Origin: a virus | Lineage: Duplodnaviria > Caudoviricetes | IMG/VR virus record: IMGVR_UViG_2706796186_000001 | Coordinates: 176,762-240,761 of that record | DNA length: 64,000 nt | Strand: one strand, 5' to 3' | Shown: positions 1-9,723 of the stretch, one piece after another | How positions within the stretch are numbered: position 1 is the stretch's first letter | Layout of the letters: the number at the start of each line of letters is the position of its first letter | Made by a program: the position numbers and the translations under genes | The notes under the pieces: model-generated | Told to the model about the DNA's origin: nothing | What the model saw: the letters and a program-made list of their open reading frames with translations, nothing else | Database searches by the model: none

Positions 1-2
1 TT

Positions 3-548
3 GACAGCCTGGAAGGTGTCAACCGGCATGATGGGCATCTGCACTTCAATTTCCCAGCCAAGATAATCTTGATCAAAATCAGCGTCTGAGAACCAAACCA
101 TAATTTGGTTATCAACATCGGATGGACTTTCTACTTTGTCCACCGTGGTTTCGAATTTCCAGCTCACCCAGCGTGGGAACCAGTTACCGTTTGCCTGAAT
201 CATGGCACCCGTCTGCACATTGCTGATTGTGGTTTGGAATTGTCCCACTAACAAACGCTGAAACTCTGACTCGTCATTTTTCGTGTTGCCCAGAATCGCT
301 TGGTTGTAAATCCACTGGGTCAGCGCGAGGACATGGTCAGTAAAGAGTGCCGGTACTTTTATCTTCGTCTCATCGCGAAGATACGTGAACGCCACTAATT
401 CAACCTGAAGGTTAGCCTTAGCGAATTTTTGTTTATTCTTCGCAAAAGACCAACTTTGATCGGATAACTCACCTACTGGAGCAACTGCACCTTCAGGAGC
501 GTTATCGATTAGTGCCGGTATTTCGATGAAGCCTTGTAAATTGAACAT
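3..548 (-). CDS. Partial gene (N-terminal part; runs off the window start), probable virion structural protein
   Basis: Read manually and absent from the ORF track: ATG at 548 opens MFNLQGFIEIPALIDNAPEGAVAPVGELSDQSWSF... with no stop before the window edge. Divergent from the 571 gene. Function is inferred from context only. Confidence 0.6.
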   Translation of the reverse strand, partial: MFNLQGFIEIPALIDNAPEGAVAPVGELSDQSWSFAKNKQKFAKANLQVELVAFTYLRDETKIKVPALFTDHVLALTQWIYNQAILGNTKNDESEFQRLLVGQFQTTISNVQTGAMIQANGNWFPRWVSWKFETTVDKVESPSDVDNQIMVWFSDADFDQDYLGWEIEVQMPIMPVDTFQAV

Positions 549-570
549 AAAAATAAACTCCGAGGTGAGC

Positions 571-1059
571 ATGATAGCTGCAATTATTAAACTGCTTCCT
601 TTTCTCCAGTTGCTTCTAGAAGCATTCAAGCCGGGGGATGGAGAAAAGGTAACCCGAGCCAATAAAATCACAGCACTCGCAATCGTTTTACTTCTGACGT
701 ATTCACTCTTTGTGTCGTACGCCTACGTTGACCAGTTTCATAAATTGGTTCAGATTCGAGAACACGACCAGTACGTCGCTCGCCAGAACGACGAGCGTGG
801 AGAGACCATCAAAACGCAGGCGGATGAGTTAAGAACGCTCTACAGCCGCATTTTCGAATGCTTGAGCAATCGACCATATGATGGCGCGAAGGGCGCAGCA
901 AGTGTACCACCTCCTGCTCCAGTGGCGGTACCGCAAACACCGGTTCACACCGAAACCAAAACCGCCGACAACAAGCGCGAGGCTGCTGCTAAGCCGGTAG
1001 GTGTAGTAGATATGAGTCAGTTCCGTCAAGAACTGCTCAAGAACTTAAACGAGGAGTGA
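571..1059 (+). CDS. Membrane-anchored protein, candidate inner-membrane spanin (i-spanin)
   Basis: ATG 571 follows GAGGTG. Hydrophobic helix ITALAIVLLLTYSLFVSYAYV, then a coiled-coil-like segment and Pro-rich linker. Directly upstream of a lipoprotein gene. Confidence 0.5.
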   Translation: MIAAIIKLLPFLQLLLEAFKPGDGEKVTRANKITALAIVLLLTYSLFVSYAYVDQFHKLVQIREHDQYVARQNDERGETIKTQADELRTLYSRIFECLSNRPYDGAKGAASVPPPAPVAVPQTPVHTETKTADNKREAAAKPVGVVDMSQFRQELLKNLNEE

Positions 1060-1061
1060 AA

Positions 1062-1526
1062 ATGAGGGTCATGCTAATTTGCTTATCGCTGTTGCTCACA
1101 GCGTGTAGCAGCTGGGCACCCGTCAAGACGACCACTGCAAACACTGAGTGGTCGGTTCGTGAACTTGGACCACCCCCTGTTTATCCACAAGGGGTAGTAA
1201 ATCTGGATGACCCGCGATACCGTTCGTGGGTGGCAGATGTTAATGCGTATGCGTACTACGTGTTCGTGTACGCCCGTAATCTTAACGATTACGCCAGAGT
1301 TCATGGATGGCGGCCACCGCAAGTTGCACCCATTTGTGAGAAGTTTGATTTGTGGGTGGTTCATCCCATTCCACAACGCATTACCTTGGACGAACGTGCT
1401 CGCCGTCCTGAGGACATCTCACGCGATTTGGCAACGCAACTCAAGCGCATTCTACTGAACTACCGTGAAGATCGTAAGTCTTTCCAGAAAGCATACGAAG
1501 CCCACCTTAGCACATGCCTTAACTAA
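1062..1526 (+). CDS. Lipoprotein, candidate outer-membrane spanin (o-spanin)
   Basis: Signal peptide II MRVMLICLSLLLTA|C (lipobox LTAC, +2 Ser). SD GAGGAG. Pro-rich mature region. Confidence 0.55.
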   Translation: MRVMLICLSLLLTACSSWAPVKTTTANTEWSVRELGPPPVYPQGVVNLDDPRYRSWVADVNAYAYYVFVYARNLNDYARVHGWRPPQVAPICEKFDLWVVHPIPQRITLDERARRPEDISRDLATQLKRILLNYREDRKSFQKAYEAHLSTCLN

Positions 1527-1530
1527 AACA

Positions 1531-1570
1531 CGACACCTATTCCTTCGGGGGTAGGTGTCGCTTTATTTTT
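1531..1570 (+). terminator. Rho-independent terminator
   Basis: CGACACCTATTCC-TTCG-GGGGTAGGTGTCG followed by CTTTATTTTT. Confidence 0.85.
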
Positions 1571-1614
1571 ACACAACCAACCCATCTAATGTATACCCAC
1601 AGGAGAGTTTAATC

Positions 1615-2370
1615 ATGACCGAAGTCACCCCAACCAAACGCACGCCGAATATCTTCGATGCACCCGATATCCATATCCCAACCATCGTCATCGGTATCGA
1701 CGCCGAGACTAAGTCAACCCGCGCCGATGCGTATCCGGTTGCCATTGGGGCAGGGGCATGGGACATCGCCACAATGCGTCTTATCGCGACGCATTACCAG
1801 ACCATCGACCCGAACGATGAGAAGGCCAAAGCCATCTTCCATGAAGACCCATACACCATGGCGTGGTGGCGTGGGGAAGGGGATAACCCAGACTATGCTC
1901 CATCGCGTGAAGCGTATGCCGAAGCATTCTCCGGCACCATGCCGATGCCAGAAGCGTTGTGGGGGATGTACAACTTCCTTGAGAAGTTCAAATCTCACAA
2001 GGTTGCACTGACTATGCGTGGCCCAGAGTTCGATCAACCGATTCTGATGAACGCCTTTGCCCAGTGTGATGTCCCGACGAGTCTCCTGAAACGTTTCTCA
2101 ATGCTGGACTCTGACCGGACGGCTGAGCGTATTATGCACGCTTTCAACCTGACGCCGGACTACCGTGCGGAATCACATAACTGGACGCGCGGTAAAGACG
2201 CTTATCTGCACCATGCCTGTTTTGATGCAGCGCGTGAAGGTTACATTACTGCCCGTATTTATCACTTAGCGCTGGTTGCGCGGTTGCACGGCTTTGACCG
2301 TATGCTTGAAGCGCACAACCAACTGATGACCGGTGAATATACGGCTATGGATTATCTGAGAGAGGAATAA
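1615..2370 (+). CDS. DEDDh-family 3'-5' exonuclease (DnaQ-like fold)
   Basis: ExoI IGIDAET, ExoII RGPEFDQPIL, ExoIII HHACFDA. SD AGGAG before ATG 1615. Confidence 0.8.
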   Translation: MTEVTPTKRTPNIFDAPDIHIPTIVIGIDAETKSTRADAYPVAIGAGAWDIATMRLIATHYQTIDPNDEKAKAIFHEDPYTMAWWRGEGDNPDYAPSREAYAEAFSGTMPMPEALWGMYNFLEKFKSHKVALTMRGPEFDQPILMNAFAQCDVPTSLLKRFSMLDSDRTAERIMHAFNLTPDYRAESHNWTRGKDAYLHHACFDAAREGYITARIYHLALVARLHGFDRMLEAHNQLMTGEYTAMDYLREE

Positions 2371-3890
2371 TGGACGTTAAAGAGTACGATCATGTCGTCG
2401 TCTATACGGACGGTAGTCGTGTAGGCCCTCCAAATGGTACGGGGGGCGGTATCCACGGGTACGCTTTCAACAGTGGGGTGTTAAATGAAAACACCCCGTA
2501 CAGCCTGCCGGACGTAGAGGAGTGTGTCACGACCAACGGGTACAAGAAGTTCCCGAAGGACATTAAGAAGCCCACGGTACCTGAAACAGTTGATTTCTTC
2601 GACTGTGTAATTCCCGTTCCGGCGGAGTTCTGGTCGGACGTGGCAGAACTGATGGCATTTATCAGTCTCTTTGAAAACTCACCTATCCTTGCCAAGAACT
2701 ACACCATCTATATCGATGCGTCTTACGTGGTCAACGCGTGGAACGATTGGATGGACGGATGGCGTAAGCGCGGTTGGACGAAGGCAGACGGTACCCCGAT
2801 TGCTAACGTCAACCTTATCAAGAAGATTGATGAGATTAAGACCCGTTTGCGTCAAGAAGGCCGTTCTATCCGCGTGATCAAAATCAAAGGCCACGCAGGG
2901 TTCTACGGTAACGAGCGTGCAGACATGATGGCGCGTAAAGCCTCATCAATGGTTGCTGCGGGTCAAGGGGTTGAGTACCGTCCGTTGTGGAGCGTCTCCG
3001 GTGAGCTGCCTGTGGAACCCGAAGCTGAGGTCATGGGTAGCGACGGCAGTTTACTCAACATGCCAAAAATCACCAACACGAAGTTCTGCTATCCGTTAGT
3101 GAATGAGGAACACCCAACCTTGTCCATTAACGGTGAAAGCTGGAAATACATGTTCGGTGGGAACCACGCAAAGAACAAGGAAGATATCGTGTTCATCGGT
3201 AAGATGATACCCGATGCGCAGTTTGCGGTGTTCCTGAGTAAAGACGGTTGGGATAACATTTACCAGTTGGTCAACAAGCACAACGAATTGGCGTGGGATA
3301 ATATCCCGCCGATGAAACGTTATGACCCAATTGCCATTGTGTACAACACGATGATTAAGCGCAAGAAGTTCCAAGACGCTGCGAAAGAAGGGTTGCCGGT
3401 TAATCTGATGAAATTCAGTGAAGACGGGAACCTGTGGATGTACGATGACCTTGCAATTACGCGTGTCGTGCGCCCAGCGCTGCTCTCTTACCGTGCGTTG
3501 GAAATCCGTGATGAACTGGCTGCCTTTTTACGCGACGGCGTAGAAGACCGCTCAAGCGTTGTGCTGAACGATATCACCCATCTGCTATTTGATGAGAAAG
3601 ACAAGCCGGTGAAGACCTTCTACCGTAATGTCGATGTCAGCTTCAACGTGAAGGTCAACTACCCTGAAAGTGACAAGCAGATTCCGATTATCCTGACCCG
3701 TAATATCGACATGCCGGATCGTACCGACATGAACCGTATCATGGAGCCAGGCGGTAAATGGTACGTGGCTTGTCGTCGTCCCCAGAAACGTTGCGTGGAG
3801 TTTGCTGTAGTCTACATTGGTAAGGAATACCATGGACTGTGGTGTGGCTATTATGCCAACAAACGCATCCTGAGAGAAGAGGAAGTGTAA
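2370..3890 (+). CDS. rnhA: Ribonuclease HI with long C-terminal extension (phiKZ gp155-like)
   Basis: VYTDGS, AELMA, IDASYV, W-rich WRKRGW and KGHAGFYGNERAD motifs of RNase HI. Confidence 0.9.
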   Translation: MDVKEYDHVVVYTDGSRVGPPNGTGGGIHGYAFNSGVLNENTPYSLPDVEECVTTNGYKKFPKDIKKPTVPETVDFFDCVIPVPAEFWSDVAELMAFISLFENSPILAKNYTIYIDASYVVNAWNDWMDGWRKRGWTKADGTPIANVNLIKKIDEIKTRLRQEGRSIRVIKIKGHAGFYGNERADMMARKASSMVAAGQGVEYRPLWSVSGELPVEPEAEVMGSDGSLLNMPKITNTKFCYPLVNEEHPTLSINGESWKYMFGGNHAKNKEDIVFIGKMIPDAQFAVFLSKDGWDNIYQLVNKHNELAWDNIPPMKRYDPIAIVYNTMIKRKKFQDAAKEGLPVNLMKFSEDGNLWMYDDLAITRVVRPALLSYRALEIRDELAAFLRDGVEDRSSVVLNDITHLLFDEKDKPVKTFYRNVDVSFNVKVNYPESDKQIPIILTRNIDMPDRTDMNRIMEPGGKWYVACRRPQKRCVEFAVVYIGKEYHGLWCGYYANKRILREEEV

Positions 3891-4642
3891 TGCAGAAGTT
3901 GCACAGCCAAACGCTTGTGATGCACACCGCGCAGTTGGTGGAGTCGATGGCGGACTACGCGTTTCTCACGTATGTGAAAGACCGTGCACGGTGTCAGGTG
4001 GAAGGGATTCCACCGTTTGATTGTCGTGAGATTGGGAAGCAGGCCATGGCGGAAGTCGTGGCTGAACTCCTGCTCGATGCGATCATGGGAATTAACGCCA
4101 ACACCGGTTTCAGTTATCGCGGCGTCGTGAAGATGCCGGTTATCCACACTGAGAAGTATCAGAACTGGCGTGATTCAGGTAATTGTGGGATGTTCACCAT
4201 CGAAGAGATGTTTGACGCCCATTGTCGCGAGTTACCACTGGGGCCACTCATCGAAGGCGCTATCCGCTGGTACACCAGTGAGTTTGTCAACGAGATCATG
4301 GCACTGATCAACAACGATTGGTACTGTGACCGAGAAAATGAACTCGTTATCTTTACCAATCGTGAGTTGCTCGTGAAGCAGATTCTCAACGGGACGGTGG
4401 TGTTGCCATTGCTGGCGAAGGAAGATTACGAATTTGCCGCTGAGGCGGACAGCTTCGAAGCAATTCGTGACGAAGTCTTCCAATGGCCATACTCGTTTGT
4501 CACCCAAAACGAGATGAAGGTGTTGCACGAACGTATTCCGTCTTTCATCCTCTCGCCAGAAGACCAAGATTCCGATGAAGATCCTACGGTCGAACTCTAC
4601 GTCTTGAAGCCAGAAGTGATTGATAGAATCAAAAAACTCTGA
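3890..4642 (+). CDS. Hypothetical protein
   Basis: ATG overlaps the previous stop (TAATG); ~250-aa ORF. Confidence 0.7.
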   Translation: MQKLHSQTLVMHTAQLVESMADYAFLTYVKDRARCQVEGIPPFDCREIGKQAMAEVVAELLLDAIMGINANTGFSYRGVVKMPVIHTEKYQNWRDSGNCGMFTIEEMFDAHCRELPLGPLIEGAIRWYTSEFVNEIMALINNDWYCDRENELVIFTNRELLVKQILNGTVVLPLLAKEDYEFAAEADSFEAIRDEVFQWPYSFVTQNEMKVLHERIPSFILSPEDQDSDEDPTVELYVLKPEVIDRIKKL

Positions 4643-4662
4643 GATAGATATTATCTTGGTGA
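4643..4662 (+). promoter_or_regulatory. Early-type phage promoter motif (copy 1 of 5)
   Basis: GATAGATATTATCTTGGTGA. Matches the motif at 13380, 45579, 59757 and 61532, and resembles the phiKZ early consensus TATATTAC. Confidence 0.65.
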
Positions 4663-4684
4663 GCAGTCTATAAGGAGTATCAAA

Positions 4685-5419
4685 ATGCTTCGTGTCAACA
4701 CCCCCGAACTCCTTCTCTTTAACCCCTCGCTTGTCGAGGGGTTGTTCGACAAGATGTGGGAGCGATACTTTAGAGAGGAGATGAATTCTGACCCGTGGTG
4801 GGAACGCTACCGTGGTGACTTCTTTCTGGACTCTTCGCAGATTACGCTGGATGTGTTCAGCCGCTGTGTCGAAGAAGTAGTACAAGCTGCAAACCTGCGT
4901 CGTCCGATGGACTTCAATTACATCACGTTTGATTTTTCATGGTACATGGACAATTACAACTACGAATGTGATTTGGGGATAGACGACCAAGAGAAGATTG
5001 AAAACAAGATGTTTGATTTCTTCCACTTTGCAATTAACCAATTGGTTTCACAGGAGTTCTTAGATGCGGCATGCAAACGACTAACCCCGACATGGGAATC
5101 CTTAACGGAACTCGTGGGGCAGCGTGGCATTGTGGGCTTCTGGTACGAACCCTGTCAAGGCCAGATGCACATGGACTCAGGACGTGACCACGTCTGGGCG
5201 GTGCAAGAAGGGGATTATGACGCTGAGCTGTATGCTGAGTGGCAAGGTGCGGTTGCAGGCACACTCTTTTACCACGCCACCATTGGCGATGGTAATGAGT
5301 TTTATTTATTTAATGGGTCGCTTATCCAAGACGGACAAACACTTGACCACATCCCACTTGGGGAGATGGTGACACTGTGTCGTCTGACTGAACAAGCACA
5401 AACTATCATTGACCTTTAA
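4685..5419 (+). CDS. Hypothetical protein (acidic)
   Basis: SD AAGGAG; 244-aa ORF after the promoter motif. Confidence 0.75.
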   Translation: MLRVNTPELLLFNPSLVEGLFDKMWERYFREEMNSDPWWERYRGDFFLDSSQITLDVFSRCVEEVVQAANLRRPMDFNYITFDFSWYMDNYNYECDLGIDDQEKIENKMFDFFHFAINQLVSQEFLDAACKRLTPTWESLTELVGQRGIVGFWYEPCQGQMHMDSGRDHVWAVQEGDYDAELYAEWQGAVAGTLFYHATIGDGNEFYLFNGSLIQDGQTLDHIPLGEMVTLCRLTEQAQTIIDL

Positions 5420-5431
5420 GGAGTATCTACC

Positions 5432-5800
5432 ATGAAACTTGATCAAGCTATCCAACAGTATGTTACCCAATTCGACCGACACGGCCTGTTCCTGCTGCGC
5501 TTCACTAACGAAACCCAACTGCTGGAGCACAACCCAAAAACGTTTGCCGTGGTGTATGAAAACGACGGCATCGGTGAACCAGAGCGTATGACGCTGCGTA
5601 AGCTGCGTCAAGATGCCATTGAAGCCAAGGTCGTTCATGTTCAACCTGTCGTCTGTGCCCAAGGCTGGCCGGGTAAGCTCGATGTCGAAGCAGACGTGGT
5701 GTTAACTGTCGTGCAGGACGGTGACGTGCGTCGACTGGTGCCTGTAAAATGGCGTACCCTTGACACCCTGCCAGACGGCGTTGAATTCACGGAGTTGTAA
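5432..5800 (+). CDS. Hypothetical protein
   Basis: SD AAGGAG; 122 aa. Confidence 0.75.
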   Translation: MKLDQAIQQYVTQFDRHGLFLLRFTNETQLLEHNPKTFAVVYENDGIGEPERMTLRKLRQDAIEAKVVHVQPVVCAQGWPGKLDVEADVVLTVVQDGDVRRLVPVKWRTLDTLPDGVEFTEL

Positions 5801-5802
5801 GT

Positions 5803-6540
5803 ATGGATATGCGTCCCGTCAGGTTATACCTGCTGACGGCGCTTCACGATCATTTGATGCGTCTCGGTGAGGCGCGTCATATCGCGAAGACAGCGTATCT
5901 GATGATTGCGCGAGAAATCGCGCGGTCTGACTTACGTGACCGTCACAAATGGCTGTTAACGGATGTGTGCGAGCGTTTGAAAGCACGCGTCTATTCGGAT
6001 GAACTTACCCGTGCCCTTTCCTACGTCTGGGTCTATGATGACATTCGGGACGAATCCTTTCTCGACAACAGCGCACGGGTGGTTAAGTTAATCGAACGGG
6101 TGACCAACGATTACTACGCAACCACGGGTGGCCTCACAACCGAAGTGAATATCCAAAGCTCCATCTTGGATTCGCTTCGTGAGACTGCCAATCATCTCGA
6201 TGCGCCCATTCTTTTTTCTACCGACTATGACCTGTTGCGTTTTCGCATCTGGTTTACTGGGGAAATGGATGACGTCGACATGCACGAGCTGTGGTGTCAT
6301 GACGTGCACAGCATGGATGAATGGACGTCCCTGCTTACGACCTACCCATCGGAGAAATACTTGTGGCGTCAAGATCACGAGCCGCTGCTTCCAGAGAGAT
6401 TAGATGAAGAAGGTTACGACATCGAAGCGTTCTGGAAAAACATCACGATTCTCAGTTTGGACAAGCTCTACGTCGAAGCGAAGGAGCGTCTGTGCTCCGA
6501 GGATGAAGACCGATGCGAACTGTACACAGCTATGCACTGA
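5803..6540 (+). CDS. Hypothetical protein
   Basis: 245-aa ORF, tightly packed in the operon. Confidence 0.7.
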   Translation: MDMRPVRLYLLTALHDHLMRLGEARHIAKTAYLMIAREIARSDLRDRHKWLLTDVCERLKARVYSDELTRALSYVWVYDDIRDESFLDNSARVVKLIERVTNDYYATTGGLTTEVNIQSSILDSLRETANHLDAPILFSTDYDLLRFRIWFTGEMDDVDMHELWCHDVHSMDEWTSLLTTYPSEKYLWRQDHEPLLPERLDEEGYDIEAFWKNITILSLDKLYVEAKERLCSEDEDRCELYTAMH

Positions 6541-6929
6541 TGATGTTCCAAGCGTGGTGGCCAAAGCTCACGGAAGGGATTATTGGCGTGTCGGGGTGGG
6601 AATATGTGCTGGTGACCTCGTACCTGATAGAGTGTGCGAAGAACGGCCTTATCCTGCCCAGTGAACGTCGTCAGGCGATGCTGATGGAGAAACTTGACTC
6701 CATGTATCCCGCGGCGATGTTCCAACACCGTAAGCATTTGTTCCATGCTGCGCTTGTTGAGTTAGGTGATGAACGTACTGCGATTATCGTGAAGAAAATA
6801 CGCGATGAGATGGTTAATGTGTCACGCGAACTTAATCTGGTTTGGGTCGGTGTGTCGTACACACCGTTAGATGTTGTTCGTTGTCGTTACCAAGTTAATT
6901 TCGCAGCCACAACCCGAGGTGTTGCATGA
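6540..6929 (+). CDS. Hypothetical protein
   Basis: TGATG coupling with the upstream stop. Confidence 0.65.
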   Translation: MMFQAWWPKLTEGIIGVSGWEYVLVTSYLIECAKNGLILPSERRQAMLMEKLDSMYPAAMFQHRKHLFHAALVELGDERTAIIVKKIRDEMVNVSRELNLVWVGVSYTPLDVVRCRYQVNFAATTRGVA

Positions 6930-7465
6930 AAGTATTATTAGACTTCTCGTTATCAGAATCGCGGGCAAAGCTCGATGCGGTTTTGCTGGCGATGAAGAAG
7001 TCATTGGAGTTCGAAGTCCACAACGCGCTCGCGGAGTATGAGCGTACGTTAAAAGTGGAAACGGGCGATACCTATTGTCTGGTCGATGCCGAGGGGATTG
7101 TCAAAACCACGGTCGATGGGATGATTGATAAAGTCCGTAACGTCCTCAGTACCCCACTGCCAGTTATGGTGGCACACTGGGACGATGGGGCCGATGTACT
7201 TGACCTGATTCGCGATGCCTTTGAGAAAGGTGCAGCGAACATGGAAAGTATGGCACTGGGTGATGCTACCGAAGTGTACGTGACCGTCCCGATGAAAGAG
7301 GGCGGTAACAACTTTGAGATGGTGTCTCTGCACGAGGTGCTGAACACGGCCAATTCGCAGGCGATTGATAAGATACTGAACGACGCGTGTGTTAAAGTGC
7401 GCGACATCTGTATCAAAGAGATTGTCTACATTCAGGAAAAACTCTTGAAGGGAGCTACCTGGTGA
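6926..7465 (+). CDS. Hypothetical protein
   Basis: ATGA overlap; SD GAGGT. Confidence 0.7.
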   Translation: MKVLLDFSLSESRAKLDAVLLAMKKSLEFEVHNALAEYERTLKVETGDTYCLVDAEGIVKTTVDGMIDKVRNVLSTPLPVMVAHWDDGADVLDLIRDAFEKGAANMESMALGDATEVYVTVPMKEGGNNFEMVSLHEVLNTANSQAIDKILNDACVKVRDICIKEIVYIQEKLLKGATW

Positions 7466-8064
7466 AACTCCACATTAACCTGACCCCCAGTAACTTTGAA
7501 AAGCACTGGCCGGAAATGATGATGCAAATCCGTGAGTCGATGGATGCGTTCATGCATGAGTTTACCGGCTTGGCGGTAGAAGACAACAAACTTCTCACGC
7601 TGCCACTCTGGTCTGTTTTGTTTGATCCGATATCGCGGTTGTCTAACTCCATGCTGACGTTTGAATTTGACAAGACAGACATCGAAGATAAACGTATTGA
7701 GAAGAACATCGAGATTATCACCCTCGATACGAAACTCGACAGCGTGCTGGAAGACATTCGCGATGCGGTGAACTACGAGTTGAATGAGTTCAAGACATCC
7801 ACCACTGCGAATGAAGCACTCAACGAATGGTTAAAAGAGATGTCTGACGAAACCCGTGGTAAGTTACGGGATGAGTTGGTTGGGTTGGTTCATCGACACA
7901 TCTCGACACTACTCGATATCCTGTTCGCGCAACTGACAGCGGAAATCATCGAAATCTCGTTCCGCTTTCGCCCGCGTCCGGTGTTAGTGTCAACGGATGG
8001 TGGTACGAAGATGGTAGGACGTATATCGGATATGATTCAGGACGTCCCTGACGAACCGGCTTAA
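7462..8064 (+). CDS. Hypothetical protein
   Basis: GTGA overlap; SD GGAG; 200 aa. Confidence 0.7.
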   Translation: MKLHINLTPSNFEKHWPEMMMQIRESMDAFMHEFTGLAVEDNKLLTLPLWSVLFDPISRLSNSMLTFEFDKTDIEDKRIEKNIEIITLDTKLDSVLEDIRDAVNYELNEFKTSTTANEALNEWLKEMSDETRGKLRDELVGLVHRHISTLLDILFAQLTAEIIEISFRFRPRPVLVSTDGGTKMVGRISDMIQDVPDEPA

Positions 8065-8066
8065 CC

Positions 8067-8546
8067 ATGAACGTGTATTTCGATTACGATGACTCGCATA
8101 TCCGGCAGTTGTGGGTTGATGCGTTTGACAGTATTCGTATCGATTTGCAAGAGTATCTGCGAAATCAGATGCGTGAGTGCTCGCACACGGAATCGGTTGT
8201 TCTGGCGCAAACGTTGTTACAGCCCACCTATCAGGTGTTTTACAAACAACACGACACTGTGTTTCGGACGGTCGTGGAAAAGGAAGACTTAGACGCATCG
8301 GAGTATTCGTTTGAGCTTGACGATGAAGCATACCGGAAACTCATCACCCAGAGTATCGAGGTGTCGGTTGTGGCAACGAAGAAGACGTGGAATGTCAGGA
8401 CGTTGCCGGTGTTATTCGACCGGGATATCGTCTGCCAAAAAATCGAGGCCATTCTCTTCGAGCATTTGGATGAGTTTGTCATTGAGTTGGTTGGGTACAT
8501 GGAAGCCTTTGTCAACGAACTGATAGAGCAACGTCGAAATAAATAA
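8067..8546 (+). CDS. Hypothetical protein
   Basis: 159 aa, ending at a terminator. Confidence 0.7.
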   Translation: MNVYFDYDDSHIRQLWVDAFDSIRIDLQEYLRNQMRECSHTESVVLAQTLLQPTYQVFYKQHDTVFRTVVEKEDLDASEYSFELDDEAYRKLITQSIEVSVVATKKTWNVRTLPVLFDRDIVCQKIEAILFEHLDEFVIELVGYMEAFVNELIEQRRNK

Positions 8547-8590
8547 AAAGCCTACCTACTCCATCGGGAGTAGGTAGCTTTATTTTTTTT
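8541..8590. terminator. Bidirectional terminator (conserved family)
   Basis: AAATAAAAAG-CCTACCTACTCC-ATCG-GGAGTAGGTAG-CTTTATTTTTTTT between convergent genes. Confidence 0.9.
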
Positions 8591-9344
8591 ATTTTGAATT
8601 GGCCTTTAAGGCTTTCAGTCTATCCCCGGTCTGGCTTAATGCTTGAATCAGCTCGTTGTTCTGTTTCATGAACAGACCAAACAGCTCAACCCAATCGGAT
8701 GCCATGTCCAGCATCTTGACGATTTCAGCAGCGCACTGCGGATGTACCGGCGTTTCTGCTAACTCATCTGTGCTGGCACCGATGCTGGCAATCAGCTTAT
8801 CGATATTGCGCTTGAGCTTTTCAGTAACCTCTTTGCTCAGTGCTTTGCTGCGGTTGAACGCCACATCAATCTCACCGGCATTGTGGAAGACCTTCTCAAT
8901 CGGACGTTGGTCGACCGACGTTGTGGTGTAAGACGCAGCCAATTTCTTGACGAGGTCTTTCGGGTCAACGTTTTTGAGCGGGTATTTCAAATCTTTGAAG
9001 CGGAAACCGACAGGAACGGTAAGCATTCCTTTGTCATGGGTAAACGCAGCCAGTTGGCGGTTCACCGGTTCCAGCACGCCATCAATCAGGTTGTCCAGTA
9101 CAGACCACACCGATTCCAGACGCTGGATATGGTCAATCATGTACACGTTCAGACCCGGTGGTACGGTGACAAGCATCCCGGAGAAATGCAGGAACTTCTC
9201 TTGCTGCATCCATTTGGACATTGCCGACATGTCATCGTAGTTTGCCGGTTTGATTTCTTGTTCGCTTCCGTTGAACGTCTTAGGAAGCACAGCCGACACT
9301 TTCGAGGCAAAAGTAGAAAGCGCGGCAATCGGGTTCAGGTTCAT
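8589..9344 (-). CDS. Probable virion (head) protein
   Basis: ATG 9344 after GAGGTG. Lies between UvsX and RNase H as phiKZ gp153 does (recalled). Late TATG motif upstream. Confidence 0.55.
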   Translation of the reverse strand: MNLNPIAALSTFASKVSAVLPKTFNGSEQEIKPANYDDMSAMSKWMQQEKFLHFSGMLVTVPPGLNVYMIDHIQRLESVWSVLDNLIDGVLEPVNRQLAAFTHDKGMLTVPVGFRFKDLKYPLKNVDPKDLVKKLAASYTTTSVDQRPIEKVFHNAGEIDVAFNRSKALSKEVTEKLKRNIDKLIASIGASTDELAETPVHPQCAAEIVKMLDMASDWVELFGLFMKQNNELIQALSQTGDRLKALKANSK

Positions 9345-9370
9345 TTTCACCTCGGTGGAAGGGTAGGCTA

Positions 9371-9379
9371 CATACTAAG
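9371..9379 (-). promoter_or_regulatory. Candidate late promoter (CTTAGTATG)
   Basis: The same 9-mer precedes the tail sheath gene (50799-50807). TATG is the phiKZ late-promoter core. Confidence 0.5.
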
Positions 9380-9435
9380 TCTTTTTACGGTTAAGCCCTG
9401 TGTTATGTAGACGACTAACCCCTGAGGAATTGAAG

Positions 9436-9711
9436 ATGCAAATCAAAATGTTTACGCGTGCCTTGTCCGCGAAATTCGAACCTGAAATCTATTTCACCCC
9501 GCTGCGTAAGGATAATGAAGGCAATCGTGTTGTGGTTGGTCGTATCCTGAAATCAGAAACGCTGGCTGATGGTAAGCGTCAGTTGACCATCGAAATCGAC
9601 GATCGTAACAAAAACCGTTTCAAAGACTTGGGCGAAGAAGCCTGGGTTGAGCAACACTTCGAACTGAATAACAAGCGTCGCCTGATGCTGCCTACCAAAA
9701 AACGCGCTTAA
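9436..9711 (+). CDS. Hypothetical basic protein
   Basis: SD GAGGA before ATG 9436. Confidence 0.7.
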   Translation: MQIKMFTRALSAKFEPEIYFTPLRKDNEGNRVVVGRILKSETLADGKRQLTIEIDDRNKNRFKDLGEEAWVEQHFELNNKRRLMLPTKKRA

Positions 9712-9723
9712 CGGAGTTACGAC

